Of a stretch of DNA of 64,000 bases, positions 18,935 through 27,600 are shown piece after piece. Numbering within the stretch: position 1 is the stretch's first letter; each line of letters opens with the position of its first letter. The stretch spans positions 1-64,000 of the forward strand of contig JAYPVM010000010.1 in assembly GCA_038134595.1 (NCBI GenBank), written 5' to 3'. The translations under genes were made by a program, and so were the position numbers. This stretch comes from Pseudomonadota bacterium (GTDB taxonomy: Bacteria; Bdellovibrionota_C; UBA2361; OMII01). Below the pieces are notes generated by a model that did not search any database, was not told the origin of the DNA, and worked only from the letters and a program-made list of their open reading frames with translations.

Positions 18935-18969
18935 GAGCGAAAGAGCTCGCACCGCGAGCTCTTTCGCTC
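18935..18969. repeat. Perfect 16-bp inverted repeat (hairpin, 3-nt loop)
   Basis: GAGCGAAAGAGCTCGC-ACC-GCGAGCTCTTTCGCTC between two + strand genes; no U-tract on the + strand. Confidence 0.85.
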
Positions 18970-18995
18970 AACAGACTCCATTCATTGTTCTTCTC

Positions 18996-19763
18996 GTGCC
19001 AATGCTAGCAACCATCGAACAGTGGCTTACATTCAAACCTAATAAAATTGATCATGGTGAGCTCTCTCGATTCGAACACGAGAGGATTTCATTTGGAGAA
19101 TCGCATGGCTTATTGCTTGATGGGGCCGTCATCCCCAGTAGCAGTTCGAACAGAATCGTACTATTTATTCACGGCAATAAACACAACATAACTCGCTTTG
19201 GTGAGCACTATAACCTCTGCCGGGCTTTGGGATATTCGTGTTTTACCTTTGACTTTCCAGGGTACGGCAAAAGTGACGGCAAGCCCTCAGAGGCAAGTGT
19301 ATATGCAAGTGCTCATGCCGCCTATGAATACGTTTTGCACAAACTTTGCTTTGATTCAAAAGACATCATTATCTATGGATGTTCTCTCGGAGGAGCTGTC
19401 GCAATCGAATTAGCACAGTATGCACAAGCGTCCTGTCTCATCACGGAGAGCACCTTCACCAATACAACTGACATGGCAATGCATCTCTATCCATGGCTTC
19501 CAATCCATTCTCTACTGACACCAAAATTTAACAACAAATCCAAGGTCTCCTCTCTTTCCATCCCGCACCTATTAATACATGGAACAGAGGACACACAGGT
19601 CCCTGTACATATGGCGCACCAGCTACACCTAACGGCTGCCGCTTCAGCAAAACTAATCACCGTACCAGCGGCAGGTCATACAGATAGCCTCACCATCGGG
19701 GGTTCCAAGCTTATCAACCAGATCAAAAGCTTCATAGAAAGCATCTCAAATGAGCGTTCATAG
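18996..19763 (+). CDS. Alpha/beta hydrolase (ABHD13/17-like)
   Basis: LFIHGN, FDFPGYGKSDG, YGCSLGG nucleophile elbow, IHGTEDTQVP, AGH. Confidence 0.9.
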   Translation: MPMLATIEQWLTFKPNKIDHGELSRFEHERISFGESHGLLLDGAVIPSSSSNRIVLFIHGNKHNITRFGEHYNLCRALGYSCFTFDFPGYGKSDGKPSEASVYASAHAAYEYVLHKLCFDSKDIIIYGCSLGGAVAIELAQYAQASCLITESTFTNTTDMAMHLYPWLPIHSLLTPKFNNKSKVSSLSIPHLLIHGTEDTQVPVHMAHQLHLTAAASAKLITVPAAGHTDSLTIGGSKLINQIKSFIESISNERS

Positions 19764-19784
19764 CACAGGCTACTCTCTCTCTCT

Positions 19785-20225
19785 CTATTCCCAAAAATCT
19801 GGTGGAACTCCCCCACCAGCCGTGTAAAACCCTTCATTGGGATCCCCTGTAAAGAACGCGGAGAGAAGAATAATTATCAATAAAATTGCCACACCATACA
19901 AAGCAACTGCAACTACAATTTTGTTTCCCTCTTTTGAATTGAGATATGCCAATAAAGAACGTTCGCTAGCCTTTTCATCCCCTTTTTGGCTCTTGTATTT
20001 ATCCTTGCCATACTTTCCGCGGTCGTATCTGTCAGAAGCATCCACTTTCGACTGAGATTGTCGATTTTTGTAACGGCTACTCGCCCCCGCCCCGCCCATT
20101 ACAAAACTGTTTCCTCCTCCTCCGTCCCCGGAAGGCCTCGCTGTTCCTGCTCTACTTGCAGGATTAGACCACCTACTTTCAGGCAATCCAGATAAACCTT
20201 TATTTAGAAAACGATTGGAACTCAT
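19785..20225 (-). CDS. Hypothetical single-pass membrane protein with low-complexity basic N-terminus
   Basis: G/S/K/R-rich N-terminus followed by TM IVVAVALYGVAILLIIILLSAFF. Confidence 0.55.
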   Translation of the reverse strand: MSSNRFLNKGLSGLPESRWSNPASRAGTARPSGDGGGGNSFVMGGAGASSRYKNRQSQSKVDASDRYDRGKYGKDKYKSQKGDEKASERSLLAYLNSKEGNKIVVAVALYGVAILLIIILLSAFFTGDPNEGFYTAGGGVPPDFWE

Positions 20226-20460
20226 CCCTACATACCCCCTGCGATCGGCGATACTTCAAGTGTATCATACAACAGCTCCTCGCGTAGCCATGCATCAAAC
20301 GACAAAGAGAATTTAAATATCAGAAAAACCTCTAAGAAAATTACCTACCTAGGCTCTTTTAAGTAATAAAATCAGCCTGCTACCGCACATCATTTCCCTT
20401 GCCTTCTATAACCCATTCCATAGTTAAGGTTTTTGTACATATGCGTCAGAAGGTTATTTT

Positions 20461-21627
20461 ATGGCTTCTCCCGAGACAATATCCCAAGGGATACGTCTAA
20501 CTAGGATTCCCAATGCAAACACTCTCGAGCCAACTCGCATTGCAATTAGAGGTGAGGTTCCGCTATCTATTCAAGAGCTCGCGGACACGATAGACCAAAG
20601 CACTGGGGAAACGAAAACGGGGCTGATAGAAAATATCATTCCAAGTCTTACCGATCTTTCTGAGTCAGAGGTTTTGATCGTAACCCAACTACTACTGAAT
20701 GCCATTATCCAAAGCCCGGATGATGTTACAACTTCATACGAAGATATTCTTCTGAATCTAAACAGCCGCAACGCATCACACCCCGAAGCAATAAGTTTTG
20801 GGGCGCAAATTATAAAGATTCTCGCGGAAAAACGGCAATACGACAGCCCCTCTCGAATCTCATTTGCAAATGCCCTGCTTAAAAGGATTGCCACAGACTT
20901 TAAGCCACATACAGAGGGCTTCAGAGAACTGGCGGGCCGCGATAGATTTACATTGCTTCGATGCCTCGAAGCCCCGCATTTAAGTAGTACGACGAGTGAT
21001 TTAACGACAATTCTTTTATGCAATGGCGCTCTAGGTTCGATACAAACTCACCGGACTTTTGCAGGTGAGGTTCTAAAGATAGCCCGCGGCATCTCTCATC
21101 CATCTCCAGAGATGGTTAGGCTAAAAACGTATGCAGCAAAAGTCTACCTAACTGGGCACTCAAACCATCAAGGCCAGCAAGCATCGAGAAACATTTCATC
21201 AAATCCTACAGCGCCCACCTCCTCTCGCCTTCTAATCGAGAAGATAATTCAAGACAATGGCCACTCGTTTGTACAACGTTTACTCGCGCGCGACTTTAAA
21301 GAACTACAACAAACATCTGCTCTGGATCTGCAGACGTTTGACCTCTTAACAAGTCGCCTCCTTCCTCGAGCTGTCTCCGAACCATGGCCCCGTATCGCTC
21401 TTCTTTCAATTGTTCGAGCCCCGCATAAATCATGTGTATCACTCTCAAAGCGTGCCAACACCCTTGGCTCTCTAATAGCAGGAGCTCGTCGGAACGGACT
21501 CCTCACACAAGACCTAGAGCAAGAAGTTCTCGCTACGTCTACACACCTAACCACGCGATACACCGAAGAGAGCGGCGATTCGTTGTCGACTGTCGAACCT
21601 GCTGACTTTAGCGATACGGAACTTTAA
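20461..21627 (+). CDS. Hypothetical helical protein
   Basis: 388-aa ORF after an AT-rich upstream region; no signal peptide or recognisable motif. Confidence 0.6.
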   Translation: MASPETISQGIRLTRIPNANTLEPTRIAIRGEVPLSIQELADTIDQSTGETKTGLIENIIPSLTDLSESEVLIVTQLLLNAIIQSPDDVTTSYEDILLNLNSRNASHPEAISFGAQIIKILAEKRQYDSPSRISFANALLKRIATDFKPHTEGFRELAGRDRFTLLRCLEAPHLSSTTSDLTTILLCNGALGSIQTHRTFAGEVLKIARGISHPSPEMVRLKTYAAKVYLTGHSNHQGQQASRNISSNPTAPTSSRLLIEKIIQDNGHSFVQRLLARDFKELQQTSALDLQTFDLLTSRLLPRAVSEPWPRIALLSIVRAPHKSCVSLSKRANTLGSLIAGARRNGLLTQDLEQEVLATSTHLTTRYTEESGDSLSTVEPADFSDTEL

Positions 21628-23227
21628 GAATCTCTCCAATCCGAATTACATTTGACCTGAGGGCATTTGCTTCTTGGATTCGCCGGACCGTTACCCCATA
21701 CCGCTTTGACAACTTACCTAAGGAATCGCCCTTTCGCACCTTTACCTTGCGATACCTTACCTTGCTCGTTATCGAAGAAGTCTCAGACACTCGTAACGTC
21801 TGTCCCGAGTATATTCGATTCGACTTTAATCCGTTTCGCTTCCTTAAGTCACTCACGGTTATTCCGTATCTCCGGGCAATTGAAGAAAGCGAATCACCTC
21901 GACGAACACGATAGACGCCATTGTGAGCGATGGTGCCCGCAACCGGAATAATCTGCGTCTTCGTACTTGTAGATCTCTTTACTTTTAGCTTTGGAAGAAC
22001 TGCATCACCTCGCTCCTTGTATTTAGCTGGAATATGAAATGTATAACCAGCAGGAATGTAGGCCTTGCCCCGCCAAATAGGATCTAATAATCCATAATTC
22101 GCTTCTCGCAATTCTTCAGTGGCGACGCCCAGACTTTGGGCAACAGACCGTACTGAAACAGCCCGGGGGAGCCGGTACGAAACAACTTCCAGCGGTCGGA
22201 CTTGCTTTACATCAGGAAAATAGCTCCTGTGGTTATTATAAACTTCAACCGCAGCTAAAAATTCTGGATAAAAATTTGTTGAAGCAAACCCAAAAAATCT
22301 CTCCTTCGGATCTTCTATAATAGACTCTAAATCCCTATTCCCAGCTTTTCTAAGCTTCGATCGAACTCCACCCACACCGTGGTTATAGCTGATAATAGCT
22401 AGGGGCCATGAACCAAGAGCTTCATATGCAGTTTGTAAATACTTGGCGGCAGCTCTCGTTGCTTTAATCGGATCTCTGCGTTCGTCTACATATCGTCCAA
22501 CTGCCATCTTATAGACTCGAGCCGTCCTAGGCATAAATTGCCAAATACCAGCCGCGCCCACACTACTATGTGCGGTGTAATCAAATGAAGACTCAATAAA
22601 TGGTAGCCTCGTGAGCTCTTTGGGCAGACTGAATTCTTTCACAAAAATTCGCTCCATCGACGGCATATACCGCCAGGCTCGTTGAACTGCTTCTGCATAC
22701 CGCTCCTTAATTCCGGTTTGAGTTCGAATTAAGTCATCTTTTACCCATCGAGATAAAATGCTTACCGAGAGCTTTCGTTGCTTAAGCTCATCAAGAACTC
22801 TACTCTGAAATGCGCTTTTTGCCCTTCCTCCTCGAGCTAACTCTTCTAACTGCTCTCCAATCTCTTTGATAGTAGATTTACTGACTTTACTACGGTGTTT
22901 CTCAAACACCTGCTTCGACATCTCTGCCTTTTCTTTCGAAAGATCAATTACGCCAAAAACTATCTGCGGAAAATCGCGATGATGTACCACCATCTGCCCC
23001 GAACCGTACCGAGTGAAAATATCTTTCCAAAAATCAACCCGGGCGCGCAATGTCGAGCTCACCCGAAACTCGCTCCCTATCGAATCGTTACCATAACTTT
23101 CGCTAACCTCAGATGGAGCAGACACCGCTAAAGAACAAAAAGAGACCGACAGCGCTACCACTATCACCATCGCCAGATACATCTTTGGTAAGTTATCTCT
23201 TAGTGATTTCATACCTGATTCTGTCAC
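21608..23227 (-). CDS. mltD: Lytic murein transglycosylase MltD type (SLT + LysM domains)
   Basis: LPFIESSF (catalytic Glu), SSVGAAGIWQFM, DERRDP, SYNHG; LysM repeats YRVRRGDSLSSIARRYG and KVRKGDSLGKLSKRYG. Confidence 0.9.
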   Translation of the reverse strand: MTESGMKSLRDNLPKMYLAMVIVVALSVSFCSLAVSAPSEVSESYGNDSIGSEFRVSSTLRARVDFWKDIFTRYGSGQMVVHHRDFPQIVFGVIDLSKEKAEMSKQVFEKHRSKVSKSTIKEIGEQLEELARGGRAKSAFQSRVLDELKQRKLSVSILSRWVKDDLIRTQTGIKERYAEAVQRAWRYMPSMERIFVKEFSLPKELTRLPFIESSFDYTAHSSVGAAGIWQFMPRTARVYKMAVGRYVDERRDPIKATRAAAKYLQTAYEALGSWPLAIISYNHGVGGVRSKLRKAGNRDLESIIEDPKERFFGFASTNFYPEFLAAVEVYNNHRSYFPDVKQVRPLEVVSYRLPRAVSVRSVAQSLGVATEELREANYGLLDPIWRGKAYIPAGYTFHIPAKYKERGDAVLPKLKVKRSTSTKTQIIPVAGTIAHNGVYRVRRGDSLSSIARRYGITVSDLRKRNGLKSNRIYSGQTLRVSETSSITSKVRYRKVKVRKGDSLGKLSKRYGVTVRRIQEANALRSNVIRIGEILKVPYR

Positions 23228-23546
23228 TCTCGCTACACGCCATCTTCCTTAATTAGCGACTTCCTTCATTTAAGACGCCGGATTACCCACCTTGATTCCC
23301 TATCTCGGACTCAAAATCAAAATAGCTGCAATCGAGCCTCGATGGGGGATCGTCAAGTTTCACCATAAAATTAATCGGATCAGCTAACAGATGCCCCACC
23401 AACGACGCAGAGCTCCTGTAGACCTGTAGCATCCTCGAAAGCATGCACGTCTTGGCATTTAGATTTACACGCCTTACCAAGAACCACAATCACTTGTGCA
23501 CAACTTCTAAGGCAAGGCACGCTTGAAATAACGGTGAGAAAAGACT

Positions 23547-23876
23547 TTATTTTGATGTACACCGAAGTGAGTCAAGATCCTCATCCGAGAGATTAGAGGT
23601 CTCGTTGGCGTTGATTTCGATGAAATCCTTCATTTTATCAGGAACACCCGAATCTTCGAAAATAGCTTCTACAGGGCACTCTGTTTCACAAGCACCGCAA
23701 TGAATACATTCGTCGGGATGTATCATAAGCATTCCGACATCTTCCCCTTTGGCCTCACGACCAAACCGGTCATTGTACTCCTTCTTGGTAATATTGTAGA
23801 AGCAATCTACAGGACACACCTCTACACAGGACCGATCTTTTGTTCCAAGACAGTTTAAAGTAACTACGTAAGCCAT
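23547..23876 (-). CDS. 7Fe-type (3Fe-4S/4Fe-4S) ferredoxin
   Basis: [18 protein letters not shown] and [22 protein letters not shown] match the Azotobacter FdI pattern. Confidence 0.92.
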   Translation of the reverse strand: MAYVVTLNCLGTKDRSCVEVCPVDCFYNITKKEYNDRFGREAKGEDVGMLMIHPDECIHCGACETECPVEAIFEDSGVPDKMKDFIEINANETSNLSDEDLDSLRCTSK

Positions 23877-23894
23877 TGAATATATTCCACTATG

Positions 23895-23926
23895 CTGCTA
23901 ACAATTAATCCTGCTAACAATTAATC
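23895..23926. repeat. Exact 16-bp tandem duplication upstream of the ferredoxin
   Basis: CTGCTAACAATTAATC x2 (23895-23910, 23911-23926). Confidence 0.9.
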
Positions 23927-24214
23927 CACTGTCAATACAGACTAAACAAGAGAGATGAGAAATAGAAAGAAAACAGAGTTGTTATCTACTGCCTTGTCTC
24001 TCTTTTTGCATTGAGCCTAAGAAATCTAGACCCTATACCAAATTTGGTCAAACAGAAAGACTAAGTGGCCCATATCGAATACAAAAACTCACCCTCAGCC
24101 CTCCTGCAATTTACTAAAGACACGCCCGAAACTACTGGAGCCATAGGCCCCTCTGATTATGCCTTAATTAGCAAGAGAACCTGCTTTTATCTTCCATATA
24201 TATGAGCGAACTAG

Positions 24215-24243
24215 TTGATATTTTACAGCACTCAAGGTACAAC
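24215..24243 (+). promoter_or_regulatory. Putative sigma70 promoter for the structured RNA/tRNA-Cys transcript
   Basis: TTGATA-N17-TACAAC. Confidence 0.55.
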
Positions 24244-24251
24244 CGAAGTCT

Positions 24252-24344
24252 GGGTGTGTGCGTATGGAGCTCCTGCACCTCTGGATCAATGACTAGGTAA
24301 GGCAAGACGTCTACTTAGATTAGGGTCTAGAGTTCACACAGCCC
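24252..24344 (+). ncRNA. Candidate structured non-coding RNA (long interrupted hairpin), family unknown
   Basis: Nested pairings GGGTGTGTG/CACACAGCCC, CTCTGGATC/GGTCTAGAG, CTAGGTA/TACTTAG with G-U pairs; begins about 8 nt after the -10 box. Confidence 0.45.
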
Positions 24345-24414
24345 TCCCCTTATCGGAGGAACTTTATCGGAGTAACTATCGAAGCAAGGGTTTTTACGGG
24401 AGCACAACATCTAT

Positions 24415-24491
24415 GGCCCGATCGCCAAGTTGGCTAAGGCAACGGTTTGCAAAACCGTCATTCGCCGGTTCGAGTCCGGCTCGGGCCTCCA
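24415..24491 (+). tRNA. tRNA-Cys (GCA)
   Basis: Acceptor GGCCCGA/TCGGGCC, D arm GCC/GGC, anticodon stem ACGGT/ACCGT with GCA at 24449-24451, T arm GCCGG-TTCGAGT-CCGGC, U discriminator and encoded CCA. Confidence 0.98.
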
Positions 24492-24819
24492 CTCTCCCTT
24501 CCTGAATTATCTACACATTGTGAACTTAGTGAATCAATTTTTTTGTTCTAGATACGTTTTTTGCTCTAGATACTCTGGCAGCATCCTGTCTTCTGCCAAT
24601 CTACGCGTGCGCGTCGGTACGTTACGCGCGCATATCTTTTATCAATCGAATAATTTCTAAATTGCCTAAGATACCACGGTGGCATTCCGGACAAATACTG
24701 ACAACTAAGCATGTTGGGACACGCGTGCAAAGTCATCAGTAACATCATCATACAGACCGAATACATCTAACTGACTCACGTCAATCCGTATTTACTGCTC
24801 GCTATTTGACTTCGCAAAA

Positions 24820-25083
24820 CTATGCATCCTCACCCAGCACTCGCAATTTCTCCTCTGCCTTAGATAAAAGGGCTCTGAGATGTCCAACGAGCTCAGTGCC
24901 TTTCTCGTACGCACCTATCGATTGATCAAGAGGCAGATTACCGGACTCCACGGAACTTACCACCGATTCTAACAGTTCCAACGCCTCTTCAAAGCGAAGC
25001 TCCTGAATTTGCTCAATACCAACTTCTCCGTTCATGATGCTTTCTAACGATATGGTCATATCGTTGCTCTTCTTTTTAGTCAT
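24820..25083 (-). CDS. xseB: Exodeoxyribonuclease VII small subunit
   Basis: FEEALELLESVVSSVESGNLPLDQSIGAYEKG...LSKAEEKL; ATG 25083 overlaps the xseA end. Confidence 0.93.
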   Translation of the reverse strand: MTKKKSNDMTISLESIMNGEVGIEQIQELRFEEALELLESVVSSVESGNLPLDQSIGAYEKGTELVGHLRALLSKAEEKLRVLGEDA

Positions 25084-26497
25084 TTCCCTGCCCTTCCATT
25101 TGATGACAATCATTAACCTCTGCAGTGAGTACCCCATCTCTCATCGTAATGGTAATACTATCACCCTCCCAAACTCCCTTTGACGACGATATATATTCTC
25201 CTCCTTTTGAAACCAAGCCATATCCCCTCTTCAGTACCGCTTTGGGGCTAATTGCTTCTAACCGCCCACTAAGATTGCCTAGCGCCTGATTCTTCACTTC
25301 AAACCTCCGCGTTATAGCCCTTTCAAGGCGGTCGTGTAACGTTTGTGCCATCCTACCCATAAGTGTCAAATCATCGAGCCCAAAACTTTGAATAAGTCTT
25401 GCTTGGCACACAGATGTTACCTGCTCGAGGTTCAAACATCGCCTCTGCACCATCACTCTAAGTTCCCGCTCAAAACCACCGAGCTTCAATCGAAGCAGCT
25501 CTAGCACTGTCCTAGGCTGGATTTTTGCAAGGCTTGATGTCGCAGCGTGCACTCGCAACCGATATTCCTGGCATACTCCCTTGAACCGGCTCTGCAACCT
25601 TGCAGACGAGTCATCAACAATTTGAACCAAAGGCTGAAACCACTTATCGATATCGATCAATCTTCTTTCAAAATCATTGACACGTTGTACCAGCTCAGTC
25701 CGTTGGGGAACTACCATTTCAGCAGCTGCTGTGGGTGTTGGAGCTCTAACATCTGCCACAAGATCACATAGCGTCACATCGACCTCGTGGCCCACACCAG
25801 AAATTACTGGTTTGCTACAAGCAAACACAGCTCGCACGACATCCTCCTCATTAAATTGCCACAGGTCCTCCAAAGATCCCCCTCCTCGAGCAACGATAAT
25901 CACATCCACATACCCTGAAGACTCCGCCCGTTTAATAGCACCGGCGATCTCTCTTGCCACCCCTTCTCCTTGAACCCTTGTATCAGAGAGATAGACCGGT
26001 ACGGAGGGAAATCTCTCTCGGAGCTTCACCATTATATCGTGAATCACCGCGCCTGTTCGTGAAGTAACGATTCCAATCCCTCGGGGTAAAAACGGCAAGG
26101 CCCTTTTGCGCTCAACAGCGAACAACCCCTCTCTCTCAAGCTTTTCCTTTAACTCTATAAAGCGACGCTGAAGCTCTCCTTCACCATCCTCAACAATTTG
26201 ATTGACAATAATCTGAAAACGTCCTGTTTGCCCGTATAGACTCGGCCGCCCTCGACATTTGACCGTCATCCCAACCTTTGGGCGACATTTTGAGGAACGC
26301 GCCACCCCTGCCCACAACGCACACGAAACCTGCGCCTTGGCATCTTTGACGGTAAAATAGATATGGCCACTCTGTGCAACGGTCAGTTGCGATATCTCCC
26401 CTGTAAATAAAACCTGTGGGTACTCTACCTCCAGGAGTTCATTTAACATACGCATGACATCCTGAACCGATAGATACCTTTCATCTAACATTTCCAA
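25076..26497 (-). CDS. xseA: Exodeoxyribonuclease VII large subunit
   Basis: GEISQL...SGHIYFTVKD, IGIVTSRTGAVIHDI, IIVARGGGSLEDLWQFNEE, SGVGHEVD, RAPTPTAAAE. Confidence 0.97.
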   Translation of the reverse strand: MEMLDERYLSVQDVMRMLNELLEVEYPQVLFTGEISQLTVAQSGHIYFTVKDAKAQVSCALWAGVARSSKCRPKVGMTVKCRGRPSLYGQTGRFQIIVNQIVEDGEGELQRRFIELKEKLEREGLFAVERKRALPFLPRGIGIVTSRTGAVIHDIMVKLRERFPSVPVYLSDTRVQGEGVAREIAGAIKRAESSGYVDVIIVARGGGSLEDLWQFNEEDVVRAVFACSKPVISGVGHEVDVTLCDLVADVRAPTPTAAAEMVVPQRTELVQRVNDFERRLIDIDKWFQPLVQIVDDSSARLQSRFKGVCQEYRLRVHAATSSLAKIQPRTVLELLRLKLGGFERELRVMVQRRCLNLEQVTSVCQARLIQSFGLDDLTLMGRMAQTLHDRLERAITRRFEVKNQALGNLSGRLEAISPKAVLKRGYGLVSKGGEYISSSKGVWEGDSITITMRDGVLTAEVNDCHQMEGQGND

Positions 26498-26764
26498 ACT
26501 CCTACATCTCAGTGTCTTTGCCGTATGACAAAAGGTATACCAAGAAAGCCCCCTGCCTCCTATTCAAAATAAAGGTAAAATCTTATCCCCGCGCGAAAAA
26601 TCCGACCTCAGCATTTTATACAAGAACATGTTGCCACAAACCTCCCGTCAGGCTCACAATAAAGGTACAGAGGCTTATTGCAACATACTTCTATAAAAAA
26701 CGAGCGTAAGCATTACGATTGTCTCAATTTTTAAAACCGGGCAGGAGCCTCCAGATAAGTTAGG

Positions 26765-27595
26765 TTGCAACCTTTGAAAGTCTACAACGATTTTTTAGCT
26801 GGTAGTAACACTGTGGACAGAAATAAAGGCAATAATACTTTCTCCTCAAGAAACAGTAGGGCGATAACACGTCGAAAAATGGGTCCCTTTACCTTTCTGA
26901 CACTTTCATGGAATGTGATTTTTCTATCATTAACAGTAGACGCTGTGGTGATTTTCCTCCTGGATTCACCAGTAATCTATGATCCCACAGGCACCTACTC
27001 CATTCTCTGTGCTCTGCTCGTATTGCCATTCCTTAATCAGAAGGGAGTCGCGTCTTACTTAGCTGTTTCTCGTACACTACAACGGAAAAATCATACCACA
27101 ATAAGGCGCTTTTATTCACATCTAGCCCTCATAGGGGGTGTCATTGCTGTAGCGATCAAGCTAAACGGAATCGGCTCACTGCACCCAATCAATGCCCTTA
27201 TTTTCTGTACTTGCATTCTTCTGTGGGCGGGGCTACTGATAAATCATCATTGGCGAATACAACGGGCCAAATTACACCAAACCAACGACTATCTGTATGA
27301 GAGCATCCTCCTGTGGGAGCGTCAGGTTGTATACTTGAATCTATTTCCATTACTAATGGCACGGGGCATAAGTTTTTTTGCTATCCTAGCAACTAACTTC
27401 GCCCTACTCTCTCTTCCATCATACGGCTATATTCTTGGAAGCGCTCTGTTTTTATTGTTACTAAAACCCAAACAAGAATTCTACCTTGGAGCATGCCCAA
27501 ACTGTCAGAGAACAGTTCCCATCGCTTTTGTGAGTTACCAGAGCTGTCCTAGCTGTAATACGAATCTTGCAAAACAGCTCTTTGGGGAAGGGTAA
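26765..27595 (+). CDS. Hypothetical multi-pass membrane protein with C-terminal C4 zinc ribbon (start uncertain)
   Basis: About 6 hydrophobic segments, then CPNC...CPSC. Confidence 0.6.
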   Translation: MQPLKVYNDFLAGSNTVDRNKGNNTFSSRNSRAITRRKMGPFTFLTLSWNVIFLSLTVDAVVIFLLDSPVIYDPTGTYSILCALLVLPFLNQKGVASYLAVSRTLQRKNHTTIRRFYSHLALIGGVIAVAIKLNGIGSLHPINALIFCTCILLWAGLLINHHWRIQRAKLHQTNDYLYESILLWERQVVYLNLFPLLMARGISFFAILATNFALLSLPSYGYILGSALFLLLLKPKQEFYLGACPNCQRTVPIAFVSYQSCPSCNTNLAKQLFGEG

Positions 27596-27600
27596 ATATC

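Noticed and set aside
19773..19786. (CT)7 microsatellite as a phase-variation switch
   Set aside because: It lies between two convergent stop codons, where length change would not affect a reading frame or promoter.
24252..24344. Naming the hairpin as 6S RNA, SRP RNA or tRNA-Sec
   Set aside because: Too short and without a two-sided central bubble for typical 6S; no SRP GGAA-tetraloop domain; no TTCGA T-loop or TCA anticodon arm. Kept only as an unnamed candidate.
24539..24632. 17-bp near-duplicate (TTTTTTG[T/C]TCTAGATAC x2) and small hairpins downstream of tRNA-Cys
   Set aside because: Only two copies of a T-rich unit; explainable as slippage and termination signals between convergent transcripts.
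24415..24820. tRNA-Cys as an integration site for a mobile element
   Set aside because: No integrase and no duplicated tRNA 3' end seen; xseB follows within ~330 bp.
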